A stretch of DNA of 63,889 bases, the filler included, from Octopus bimaculoides (taxonomy: Eukaryota), in assembly GCF_001194135.2 (NCBI RefSeq). It is 4 parts of 4 records of this genome, joined end to end, with 100 filler letters (N's around TTAATTAATTAA, not from the genome) between each part and the next. Parts side by side here need not be neighbours in the genome. Positions count along the whole stretch, not along the records: positions 27,640 to 52,262 come from NC_068985.1; 3 more parts are not named here. The stretch is one strand, 5' to 3'. Under the pieces are notes generated by a model, which saw nothing but the letters and a program-made list of their open reading frames with translations, did no database searches and had not been told where the DNA came from. The position numbers and the translations under genes were made by a program. Position 1 is the stretch's first letter. The number at the start of each line of letters is the position of its first letter. Of this stretch, positions 37,497 to 50,140 are shown piece after piece.

Positions 37497-38489
37497 ACTA
37501 TTATCATTATTATTACTAATAATAAAAAGGCGCCGGTCTGGCAGAATCGTCAGGACGCCGGGCGAAATGCTTCGCGGTATTTCGTCTGCCGTTACGTTCT
37601 GAGTTCAAATTTCGCAGAGGTCGACTTTGCCTTTCATCCTTTCGGAGTCGATAAATTAAGTACTAGTTGCCTAGTGGGGTCGATCTAATCGACTCCCCCC
37701 CCCTACTCCTCACAAAATCCAGGCTGTGTGCCTATAGTAGAAAGGATTATTATTATTAATAAATCGTATAATATACACCTGGTGGCTTGTCGGTGAAGTT
37801 TGTTCACAAGCATAATGTTCATTGAGTATTTGATTATATCAGAGAAAAGGAATATGGAAGATACGAGAATCTTTATTGATCAGCTACAATGTTTTCGACT
37901 CATCTAACATCGAGCGATCGTGGGTGAGATACTCGGGTGATTTCAATAGCCCAGTAAACTTTATGTAATAAAACTGCGTAGAAATTTTTATACATATATA
38001 TTTTTTGTGAGGAATTTTAACAAAATTGTTCTGATACATACCAGTCTATATATTTTATGCGAAATGTAATTAGCTCCAGGTATTGTTACATTTTAATTAA
38101 ACGTAGCCTTATATCAATAGATAAGAATCTGAATGTGGTATTTGAATCTGTGTTCTACATTTTTTGATATATGATTTTTAAATTAGGTTCTTTTCTTTCT
38201 TTCTTGCGTGCGTGCGTGCGTGCGTGTTTCCGAGATTATGCATACGAAACAGAATTTGTACATGTGTCGGCGTGTTTGTAATGAGGTGATCGTAAGAATG
38301 AAATTGGTTAAAGGAGCACACGGTATCGAAGACAGAGTGTTATTTTTATTAAAGCCGACATTTTACATTACGTGATTAACGTTTCACTTCTCTAATTTTC
38401 AGGCATATTATAAAAACCGGTCCAAGAAATACATTACTTTAAATATGCCGGTAAAAATCCAGTACGGCAAGCTGGCTTTTGATAACTAA

Positions 38490-38885
38490 CTCTTTTACTC
38501 TTTTATCTGTTTCAGTCATTTGACTGCGGCCATGCTGGAGCATCACCTTTAATCGAGCAAATCGACCTAGGACTTATTCTTTGTAAGACTAGTACTCATT
38601 CTATCGGTCTCTTTTGCCGAACAGCTAAGTTACGGAGACGTAAACACACCACCATCGGTTGTCAAGCGATGTTGGGAGGACAAACATAGACACACAAACA
38701 CACATATATATACATATACACGACAGGCTTCTTTCAGTTTCCGTCTACCAAATCCACTCACAAGGATTTGGTCGGCCCGAGGCTATAGTAGAAGACACTT
38801 GCCCAAGGTCCCACGCAGTGGGACTGAACCCAGAACCATGTGGTTGGTAATCATGCTACTTACCACACAGCCACTCCTGCGCCTA
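38490..38885 (-). mobile_element. Family A SINE, full length
   Basis: The reverse complement runs from GGCGCAGGAGTGGCTGTGTGGTAAG to ...CCAGCATGGCCGCAGTCAAATGACTGAAACAG. Confidence 0.9.
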
Positions 38886-40919
38886 CGAAAAAAAATCATT
38901 AGAAGTGGTTAAAATCCTGAAGTGAGTTTTGTCAAAAGCATGTCTTTCTGTTTAAGATGCAGAAATTTCCTAGGATTTTCAGCATCCCCAACAGAGCCTA
39001 TCAATAGAGAAGATGGTCTCTAAATAGGTGACAAGCATCTTCATCAGAGAAAGTGAACAATCTCTTCTTGTAACGCTCGATAATCGCAATTGAACAACAA
39101 ATCTGATTTAGCTGCCATATGCATGTTGAAGGAAACAAAAAAGATGTACAAGGAACCGAAAAATATATTAACCGACTGAAACTACTTCATACATGACACA
39201 ATGAAAAGCAGTTCTCTTTTGTTTTTGCTTTTTATTTCAGAGATCGTCAACGCATAAGAAAACATAAGCAGAGAAAATAATGTCGTATTGTTAGCTATTT
39301 GCTTAGTTATACATATCTGAGCAGAACCAAGAAAATAAACTAGCTAAATTCTTTGCACACGAGATATATTACTTTCTTCATTCACTCGTAGACTTTTGTA
39401 ACCGTTATTTGCCAATCAAAATGTTTTGAACATCCTCAAACAGTCAGAACTTCCTACAACGTACGGTTGCAAAATCCTTCATTCCGTCGTCATAATCTAT
39501 TTTCTATTATCACTCGGTACATTTTATGACTATGCCAACAAGATATGTATGCGTTACTTGGCGAAACTGCTGCCAGGTTGTCACATCATTATAGGTTATT
39601 TGGAAGATATTGGTACTCAACAGATTGAAGGAGTCAAAAGGGGAGCAATGGCATGCACAGCTGTTTGGCCACGACGAAATTGCCAAGCTAAGGGATGAAC
39701 GTCCTCGATGTTTCAATGTATACGAAGGTATTTTCAACCTTTTGGAACTTTGAAGGTTCAGTAGTTTAAACGTTCTCTATTCAAAACCATTTTTGCTACT
39801 TCAAGACAAAACAGTGACGTGTATCGACACCAGCGTCTCCATACAAAACTGCAGACATAAGGAGACAGACATCGACAATTGTTTCACACACTGTACATAT
39901 TGAGACATGGGGAGAAGATTATTTCTGCATATATTGTGATATAGATTTTGTAATCATCCTAGCAGGAACAGCCCTTCATCGGATTGCGGCTCAAACTTTA
40001 GTATGTATCTATGTGGCTTTTGAAATAGACCAAAATCACTGGTTTTATTACTTCAATGCCGTCTGTTTTGAGCAATCACGATCAGAAGCATTACCTATAT
40101 TCCAAGCACTTTGAAATTGCGATAAATATCTGTCCCAAGTGGCATGAATTCGTTTGTTCACTTTATTCTCTTTAGTTTCCAGATGTTACCAACGCTTTTA
40201 AGAAGCTCGAGTGGATAGTCGTTATCCTGTATAAGGATTCCATACAGTTCGGTTTTATAAACGAGACAAGAAAATGTCACGGGCTAAGCCCGTATATCCG
40301 ACAGGTAGTGTATTATGTGGATATTTAGACGATCATCGTAGAAACATTGCCAGTGATTCCTTTTCAACTGACTATTACCTGTATAAGCACGTTTGAATAA
40401 GAAATTTGTGAGTCTCCAAAAGGTGTAGAAACGACTTAAGTATTCTCGTAAAGAAAACTTTGCAAGTTTACAAAGGAACTTTGGACCACTCGCTACTATT
40501 CTAATGTACTGCATAGAATATTACAAGCTGCGTATTAGTGAAAAGTACATCACAAAGCAATACAATTTTGTTAGAAACAATGGTTATTGATATAGAAGTT
40601 GTTTTGTTTGAAACGTTTTGTCTATAAAATATAAATGACTGCAGTATTTTCTCATTGATACAGCAGACATTGGTTTGGACAATTTAATGACTCTCGGGAC
40701 AAAAACTAAACAAAAAACGATGCAAGGAAAAGAGATATTGTTTCATAGTTGTTAAGCATCTTTGACATAAATTTCTTCAGGATAAATAGAAAGAGATGGA
40801 CAGACAGACAGAAAGAGCGATAGGTAATGATAAATAGACAGATAGACAGAGAGAGAGAGACAGAGAGATAGACAGAGAGGGAGACAGACAGACAGAAAGA
40901 GAGAGACAGAGAGAGATGG

Positions 40920-40966
<47 letters not shown>

Positions 40967-41483
40967 CAGGTAGAGAGATAGACAGGTAGAGAGAAATAGA
41001 AATAGAGAAATTTTCTTGTATTTTTAACGTTTTTTTTTTAATGCGGGAAATTGTCATTCCACCGGAGAACGTCTGAGCTAATTTTCAATTAATATGCCCT
41101 AAGGGATCCTTGAGCCAAATATAACGATTTTTATCCGCCTGGTAGCGGGAATTACACTAAGGCACCAGATTGTTAATGAGATCAGCCAGTGTATATTGCA
41201 GAAACCACAGTGTCCTGCGGAGATATTGAAATTACGATTTGCTGAAATCACAATTTTCATAAAAGCAACACTTCAGTGATTTCAAATATTGATTTCTTCC
41301 GACTAACCACAGTGGGGGGGTCTTGGGGAAAAGAATAGCAAGCCAATCAGTATTAGTTTATTAGAAGCCAATGAGGGGAACCTCTACGCGTTCGCATGAA
41401 TTGCTAGAAGTAGTAAATAATTTCCCTTAAACAGCCACCTTGCTATCTTAAAAGCAGAAAATCGCATTGTATAATATAGTCTA

Positions 41484-41837
41484 CAGTGGTTCCCAAACTA
41501 TGAGTCTCGACCCACTGATGGGTTGCGAACGGAATCCTAGCGGGTCGCAAAAAGTTATAAAATTACGCATTAGCTTTGATTAACTGCTGTCTATCGAGAT
41601 AGTTCAAGACTCATGTTTTCAATACCAGACTGGTTGTTTTATCAAGCAGTAGGCTTTTTTAATTCTATTATTGAACATAGCAAGAAAGAGGTTCATCCTT
41701 CTCAAAGGCCTCAATGAAAATGTAATCTGAAAAATTTTTTTTTTCATTAATGTTTTTACCCAGTAGAGTTAAGTGGGTCGCCATAAACTGGTGTCATAAA
41801 TAGTGGGTCGCGTCTCTAAAAAGTTTGGGAAGCACTG
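41484..41837. mobile_element. hAT (Charlie-like) MITE
   Basis: Ends are CAGTGGTTCCCAAACT and AGTTTGGGAAGCACTG, with internal GGGTCGC motifs. GTCTA lies on both flanks, but a full 8-bp target duplication is not intact. Confidence 0.8.
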
Positions 41838-42709
41838 GTCTAAGATGCTAAATGCCCAGAAAAGAAAGACTGATGTTTGATGATAAATCTATTGAACCCT
41901 TCATTAGGCCCAACAAAGAATTTCATTTTATTACCTCCTGTCAAGAATATATATATATATATATATATATCAGGCACATGCCGTCAGTAATTATTCAGGG
42001 TAGGCAATTGGTGACCCTTATGAAGTAAAACACACAAAAAACAAGCGAAACACAGGCACGCGATTGACTTGGAGGCAGATTTACTTCTGCCTTTATAACG
42101 CGTAAAGAAAACGTTGTTGTAGGAATGTACGCAGCACGTGTGCTACGACATTATTACGCATAGCTTAAATACTGACATTGAAAAGCAGAGGTGAATTATG
42201 CCTACCTGATCTACAAAAAGTAACTTTAATAATTTTATTGAATTAGGTGCATATTCCGCCATAAAATGTTATTGTCGATCTATTATATTCAGGGTAGGCA
42301 CTGCCTTCCTTGCCTACCCAGGTGGCACGTCCTTGATATATATATANNNNNNNNNNNNNNNNNNNNNNNNNNNNNNNNNNNNNNNNNNNNNNNNNNNNNN
42401 NNNNNNNNNNNNNNNNNNNNNNNNNNNNNNNNNNNNNNNNNNNNNNNNNNNNNNNNNNNNNNNNNNNNNNNNNNNNNNNNNNNNNNNNNNNNNNNNNNNN
42501 NNNNNNNNNNNNNNNNNNNNNNNNNNNNNNNNNNNNNNNNNNNNNNNNNNNNNNNNNNNNNNNNNNNNNNNNNNNNNNNNNNNNNNNNNNNNNNNNNNNN
42601 NNNNNNNNNNNNNNNNNNNNNNNNNNNNNNNNNNNNNNNNNNNNNNNNNNNNNNNNNNNNNNNNNNNNNNNNNNNNNNNNNNNNNNNNNNNNNNNNNNNN
42701 NNNNNNNNN

Positions 42710-42751
<42 letters not shown>

Positions 42752-43352
42752 TAATTTTTATTTCTCTTGTAGGGTAGGAATAAAAAGGATACTTCCTCTA
42801 AGGATAGCTTATCAACCACTGTCACCCTATTATTCCGCTTGTGGATAAAATAAGGGGTAGAAAAAACAACGAGAATTTGTTATTCCAGTTATTTGTTTAT
42901 AGAATATTGAAGGACATTTCAAAATGGTGTCAGGTATTTGAATATCTGACAGTTTCTGTGATTATAAGAACTGCTGATTTGTAATATTTGCATCAAATTA
43001 CCATATAAATGATATTCAAGAATAAATTGATGAATTAGCATTCAAAAAAAGGTAGTGGGATAGAATTGCGTTCACCGGAACAATAAAATATTACTGAGAG
43101 GAATTTCATTAGTCAACATCATCATCGTTATTTTCGTCGTCATTGTCATCGTCATCAACAACAAAAATGTCATCGGTGTCACGATTTTCATTATCATCAA
43201 CATCATCCCCATCATGATCATCGATATCATCATCATCAATATTTTCATTAACATCATGGGTAGTAAGTATTGATTTTTAACATGAGTGAAACCAAAAGCG
43301 TATATGTCGATGCATGCATGCGCGGGTGTGTGTGTGTGTGTGNNNNNNNNNN

Positions 43353-43410
<58 letters not shown>

Positions 43411-43997
43411 AGATACACCCACACACGTATAGTGGTATGGTTGATTTAATAGCCACAGTACTTGGTAGGTGCTTATGAATCGTAATGTAGATATAAATGT
43501 TGGAAATATACATTTTAACAATGTGATTTATAGTATTCTGAATATTATTATCTTACTATGAAAACTACTTCTGATATCTGCGCATTTAAAAACTAACTTA
43601 TTTCGACAAGCTTGCATGATATTTCATAGCGAGAATCTTTATTATTCGTAAGAACGACCCCCACCAAAGAACTTAGGCAGACAAGTATTAAAAAAAAAAA
43701 GAATACGTCTTTAATATATTGTAGTTGATTTGTTGTTTAATTCCAAAATTATCCAGTTCCGATCGAATAGACATACTCATTTTCAGAAAAGGTTCAGCTG
43801 TCAGTATCTCCCCTTTTTTATATATACATAATTACATGTAACTTACAGTCCTTAGAACATGAAATAAGATGTGACGGAGAATTGGCACCTGTTTTAGACT
43901 ACTCAAAAGACCAAATACAGACGGCTTTAGCTTTCTGTTGTGAATGACAAACGCTGGGACTTATCTATGTATAGACAGACAAATATATGCATACATT

Positions 43998-44058
<61 letters not shown>

Positions 44059-44451
44059 ATATATATATATAAACACGTAAACACGTATGTATATATATAC
44101 ACACACACACATAAACACGTATATACATTATTACATATATACATAATACACGTATATATATATATATATACATAATATACGTGTATTATATATATACTTA
44201 TACTCGTATATTATATATATACATAATACACGTATATTATATATATACATATATATACATAATATACGTATATTATATATATACTTATACTCGTATATTA
44301 TATNNNNNNNNNNATATATATATATATATACATAATATACGTGTATTATATATATACTTATACTCGTATATTATATATATACATAATACACGTATATTAT
44401 ATATATATATATATACACACACACACATACATTCATACATACATAATACAA

Positions 44452-44493
<42 letters not shown>

Positions 44494-44649
44494 TAAAAGA
44501 GTTCCAACTCTGTTTTTTAAGTTTTATTTATATTCTTATAAAATTAATGTGGGATGTAGAATATGGAATATATAATATAAATAGTAAAATGAAATGAAGT
44601 ATTGAATATCTTATTGAATATATGAAATATTGGGTATTAAATATATATA

Positions 44650-45085
44650 GGGGCTAGTATACTTTCCTGCTTGATGGCAGTCATCAAGGTCATGTCTGAC
44701 AGATGTACTGTAGTTGACTGGCTGTCCTTTATACACATTCCTTTGGACAGCAGCAGTAGGTGTTTGGCTATTTTTAGAGATGATGCCAAATCATTTTTCA
44801 ATGTTTATTTTTAGAAATGATGACATTTGAGAGTTTTTTGTGTTTTAGTTATAGGGATAAGATTTTTAAACCCCAAGTAAGATTAATTTAATCATTGTTT
44901 GTTAAGAGTGGGTTTGAATTTCTTAATAAAGTCCTTTTCTTTGCGTTTTCTCTCAATTTCATTCAAGTTGTAAAGTTTATGGAATGGAAATATAAAAGTT
45001 TTTCGACCACATGTTGCCAGATGGTTACTCTGTGGTATTTGGCAGACCTCTGTGTTTTTTATCTGTTGTCGATGCACACGTGAGC
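44650..45085 (-). mobile_element. Penelope-like element 3' fragment: GIY-YIG endonuclease C-terminus plus downstream pseudo-LTR
   Basis: Translation gives HRQQIKNTEVCQIPQSNHLATC...FIFPFHKL...ERKRKEKDFIKKFKPTLNK*. A hammerhead-like motif follows on the same strand at 44652-44691. Confidence 0.8.
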
Positions 45086-45089
45086 GTTC

Positions 45090-45575
45090 CGATAGTGCAT
45101 TACCTCAATGTGAAAACCTCAATAAAATGTAAACACAATAGCCCTGATATAATGATTTGGGACAAAGAAACTGTACAGTTGTGGAAATTAGCTGCCCAGC
45201 GGATGTTAACATAAAGCTGAAGATCAGGGAAAAAGAGAATACCTAAACTGAACTATTGAGAAATCTGCAGTTACTCTATCCAGATTACAAGTTCAGGTTT
45301 ATACCTGTAGTTACTGGGATCCTGGGATATGTAACACACTGCCTAAATAGCAATCATGAGAAATTAGGCTTCTCAAAACCAGAAAGGAAAAAGCTAATTC
45401 GATTACTACAGATCCAATCCATCACTGGAACTGTAAAGATTTGTAAAACTTTCCAGAAGTTTAAATATATATGAGCATGTCTAGATATGCAACTACATGC
45501 ATGAGAATACATACATACATACATACATACATACATACATACATAAAGCAAAACATACATACATACATACATACA
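45090..45575 (+). mobile_element. R4/Dong-like (RLE-type) non-LTR retrotransposon 3' end with a (TACA)n tail
   Basis: Frameshifted translation gives KHNSPDIMIWDKE..CTVVEISCPADVNIKLKIREKEN...LLRNLQLLYPDYKFRFIPVVTGILG, a PD-(D/E)xK restriction-like endonuclease pattern. Confidence 0.8.
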
Positions 45576-45693
45576 AATATACCCTGTTAATGGATCTAGG
45601 TTGGAAACCGGCTCTCTTTATTGGCAAGAAATCTTGATATAAAACTGAAAAATGACATACATATATACATACACACACATATATCTCTCTCTC

Positions 45694-45758
<65 letters not shown>

Positions 45759-46154
45759 ATCATTATGCATTGCATTATATTCAATATGGTCGTAAAAGTC
45801 ATTTAGTATTGGTATCTGAGGTTGTAGAAATAAATTGAATTTCAAACTGTCAAAATAAATTCCCCAGATTACCATAAAAAATGCATCACGGTATACGAAG
45901 CATAATTGCCATTTGCTCTCTTCATCTATGAATTCAAATTGCATGTGTATGTGCATGTATGCATGGATAGATAGATAGAGAGATAGACAGACAGATGGAT
46001 AGACAGAAAAATAGATGGATAGACAGATAGATGGACAGACAGCTAGAGATAGATAGACAGACAGATACTAAATTTGAATATCAATGCAAAAATTGAGTTT
46101 TACGATTAAAGCAAGTGGACATCTCAACACGTTCCTATTATTAGATGCGGCTTA

Positions 46155-47210
46155 AGCGGCGAGCTGGCAGAATCATTTGCATGCCGGACAAAACGTTTAG
46201 TGCTATTTCGTCCGTCTGCACCGTCAAATTCCGCCGAGGTCGACTTTGCTTTTAATCCTTTCGAGATCGATGAAATAAATACCAGCTGAGTACTGAGGTC
46301 GATGTAATCTATTTACCCTTCCCCTGAAGTTGCAGGACAAAATTTGGAATCGTTATAAGGAGTGACTTTTAGAAGTTGAACAGAGCGTCTGTCAGTTAGT
46401 ACTTCTTTTATAGCCGCGGATATGGCCGAATGTATAACTGGTACTTATGTAATCGGCCCTGAAAGGATGAAAGGCACAGTCGACTGCGGCGGAATTTGAA
46501 CTCAGAACGTGAAAAGGGCGAAATATTGCTAAGCATTGGGCTCGGTGTACTAACGATTCTTCCAGCTCGCTGCAATAATAATACTAATAATAATCCTTTC
46601 TATTATAGGCACAAGACCTGACATTTGGAGGAGGGGGAAATTCGATTACATCGACCCCCAGTGCGTAACTGGTACTTATTTAATCGACTCCGAAAGGATG
46701 AAAGGCAAAGTGAATAATAATAATAATAATAATTCTTTCCACTATAGGCACAAGGCCTTAAATTTTGAGGCAGGGGACAAGTCGGTTACATCAACGTTCA
46801 GCGTTCAACTGATCCTTATTTTATCGACCCTGAAAAGATGGAAGGCAAAGTCGACCTCAGCGGAATTTGAACTCAGAACGTGAAGACGGACGAAATGTCG
46901 CTAAGCAGACTGGGCATTGTGAGTGTTTATTGAACGAAAACACTTAAAGCTCCACGAGGCTCCGGCAGGCGAACCCTGCTATACTCCTTCACCACCTTTC
47001 TCTCACTCTTTCTTCCAGTTTCAGTTGTACCTGTATTTCAAAAGGCCAGCCTTGTTGCACTGTGTGTCTCGCTGAATCTCCCCGAGAACTATGTTGAGGG
47101 TACACGTGTCTGTGGAGTGCTCAGCCACTTGTGCGTTAATTTCACGAGCAGGCTGTTCCGTTGATCGGATTGACTGGAACACTCGTCGTCGTAAGCGACA
47201 GAATGCTACG
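46155..47210. mobile_element. SINE cluster: family B copies in both orientations followed by a 5'-truncated family C copy
   Basis: Family B motifs are visible at 46155-46910, and the family C body (GTGAGTGTTTATTGA...GTCGTAAGCGAC) at 46915-47205. Confidence 0.82.
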
Positions 47211-47876
47211 ACTTGCCTGCAATAATTTGAATAAGTGTTAGTATAAAATGCATAGCCAAACCAAGTAGCACAACTATGCAAAATTATTGTTGCGTCATAT
47301 GGTAGCTTCCTGGCGATAAACATATGTTACCTCGTTCGCCTCCTGTGTATACTTACGCACACTGTATGACAAAGACCTCAGAAAACATAAGACAACATCG
47401 AAATAAAGATTTCTCCCAATATTTGAACATAACTGATGCTGTTGACACATTAGTGTTAACTGCAAAAAAAATTCTCCACAATACCATGTTGAAATTTATC
47501 ACTTTACCAATTGTTTTTAATATGAATACGTCAGCATTTTTAAACCATTAGTAACGCCATTAAGGTAGCTTGTGTCAAAGAGTTCATAAATAAACGATGA
47601 CGAAAATTTATCGAATTAATGCATTTTACCTATCAACAGTTGATAGTGTTGAGTAAGATAGCTGAAACAACAAAGAAATCAAAGTAATTTCTGTTTTAGA
47701 TTCCTCGCTGTATGTTCAAATCAACACCAGCACCACCAACAACACCATTCTACGCCTATTGTTTCATAACTGCTTTCCTGAATTCAGTGTAAAAATAGCA
47801 AATAACAATACTTAGCTTAGAAGCAACAATACATCAAAAATACAATAATACAACATATGTAGATATGTGTGAATGC

Positions 47877-47907
<31 letters not shown>

Positions 47908-48024
47908 CACGTGTAAACACATATCACTCAGACATATTTATACGAGTGTGTGTACCAATGTATATTATATGTTTGTGTGTATAAAATTAATCAAATTAAT
48001 ATATATATATATATATATATATAT

Positions 48025-48240
48025 AAGCAATGTTAATTCTCTAAATGAAGTATTAACAGTAACTGCACGATAAAGTGTAGTATATTGCCACTTAAGTGTG
48101 GCTGACCCCTAGGGGTGGATGTTACTGTTGCTTTTAGCCCCAGGAGGACATCTCCTCCAGCTGGTTTATCGACACACGACTGTGTCCTGTTTGCCAAGGG
48201 AAGTTATCCCTCTCACCAACATCTGCAGCACGAACGGATC
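48025..48240 (-). mobile_element. Family P1 copy, 5'-truncated near the predicted hammerhead cleavage site
   Basis: It closely matches 21439-21659, begins (GATC)CGTTCGTGC and is flanked by (TA)n on both sides. Confidence 0.85.
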
Positions 48241-48824
48241 ATATATATATATATATCAAAGGACATACTAAGTATGGTTACCAGCTGGAAATAACAGTCA
48301 AAACACTTATTTAAATCACCAAAATACACTGATAATAACTACAGAAATCAACCGTCCGAAGGTAACGCGTGCTGAGGCAGGTCGGGCTATTATGCCAGTT
48401 CAGAAACCGGTCCACGTGAGTCCAAATACTTGAATGTATGATGAGAGGTTTGTCTTAACCAATGCCTTCAGACGGTTATTTCTGTAGTTATTATTAATGC
48501 ATTTTTTGGCGATTTAAATAAGAGTTTGACTATTATTTCCAGCAGGTAGACATAGTATGTCCTTTGATTAATTTTAATCTTTCAGCTATTTGACGCCTTT
48601 CTGGGGTCTTGCAATCGCCTACATTATTGATTCTCTTATTTATCATTTTTAAATTGTTACACTAGATAATAACAGAGTCAATGATATCTTCGCAAATTAT
48701 TTGCTCCGTATTGAAAGAAAGAAAGAAAGAAAGTGTATAAAGAGATAAAGACAGACAGACAGACAGACAGACAGACAACAGACCGGTAGACAGACATACG
48801 GGCCGACAGACCGGTACCAGAGTA

Positions 48825-49175
48825 CATTATTTACAATTGACGGATATTTGTCCTCATCTTGTTTGTTGTTAATACAACGTTTCGGCTGATATACCCTTCA
48901 GCCTTCACCAGCTGCCTTGGGGAAATTTCGAACCTAGGTTCTCACTCCTAGGGTATTTTCGATGCTGTTGTTATTATTATTCAGGTCACTGCTTGGAATC
49001 GAACTCGGAAACTTGGAGTTAGTAGTCCGCGCTCTTAACCACTACGCCAAATGAAGGCCGGAGGGTATATCAGCCGAAACGTGGTGTTAACAATAAAGAT
49101 GAGGACAAATATCCATGAAATGTAAATAATGAAAATAATGTACATAATTCCTCATCTCCTAAATATAGAACTCTA
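48825..49175. mobile_element. Composite insertion: tRNA-headed SINE with a hammerhead-bearing tail (-) plus an inverted copy of the tail (+), 12-bp TSD
   Basis: GGTACCAGAGTA lies at 48813-48824 and 49176-49187. The tRNA-like head is TGGCGTAGTGGTTAAGAGC...GAGTTCGATTCC (49049 to about 48985). Inverted arms lie at about 48839-48906 and 49052-49114. Confidence 0.82.
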
Positions 49176-49821
49176 GGTACCAGAGTATTTAGACAGACAG
49201 ACAAGCAAGCAAGCAGATAGGTAGGTAGGTAGGTAGGTAGGTAGGCTTGTAGAATTAACACTTTTCGACTTCTTGCCCCATGATCACATTTCAGGAAACT
49301 TGATGCTTCCTCATCATTTATGCAAAGAAACATTTGCTGTTTAAAAGTTATATTCTCCCATTTGAATATTATGAATACATGCAATAACTGTTACTCGATG
49401 CTTGGAAAGAAACTTGATATTATAGTTAATTATAATGTTTTCTTGAAATAAAACCTTGAAGTCGAAAAGTTTGCAATTTTAAATTCACAAAAATATAATT
49501 TAATCAATAATACCATTTTAGAGTATACGATGTTGTTTAAAATATACAGTAAATTTAAAGTCTACAGATCTCAAGTTAGAGATCTGTCTGAATTTGATGC
49601 TTAATTAGAAATGGTTTAAATGTCAGACTACAATCACAAATTTCAAATATATTATAATATCGAAATATTCACTTTTATTTTTCTATAGCAAGTCACAACA
49701 CTCTATCGAACTACATTTCAGATATGAAGATGCTAATGGTAACAGTAATTAGCTCACCAAACGACTAGGAAGACAGATTTGGCTTCATCTCAAACCCACA
49801 CTATGCTTCCTTTTTTGCAAG

Positions 49822-50140
49822 GAGGCGAGCTGGCAGAAACGTTAGCACGCCGGGCGAAACGCTTAGCGGTATTTCGTCTGCCGTTACATTCTGAGTTCAA
49901 ATTCCGCCGAGGTCGACTTTGCCTTTCATTCTTTCCATGTCGATAACATAAGTACCAGTTACGCACTGGGGTCGATATAATCGACTTAATCCCTTTGTCT
50001 GTCCTTGTTTATCCCCTCTATAAAGAAATAAGAATTGTCTGCACGCCAAACGAAATGCTTAGCGGTATTTCATCTGAATTTATATTGAGTTCAAATTCCC
50101 CCGAGGTCGACTTTACCTTTCATTCTTTCGGGATCGAGCA
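49822..50140 (+). mobile_element. Family B SINE, full copy followed by a partial copy
   Basis: It reads GGAGGCGAGCTGGCAGAAACGTTAGCACGCCGGGCG...GAGTTCAAATTCCGCCGAGGTCGAC..., close to the apparent family consensus. Confidence 0.9.

Noticed and set aside
40020-40260. Minus-strand frame containing KTSDFGL and LYGIL, reminiscent of a protein kinase
   Set aside because: The frame has multiple stops, the other kinase motifs (HRD, VAIK) and their spacing are absent, and no splice sites fit.
48981-49049. tRNA-like sequence with A and B boxes, and similar heads on all SINE copies
   Set aside because: There is no proper acceptor stem, the apparent anticodon ACT is atypical, and the sequence runs into a repeat tail. 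These are SINE heads, not tRNA genes.
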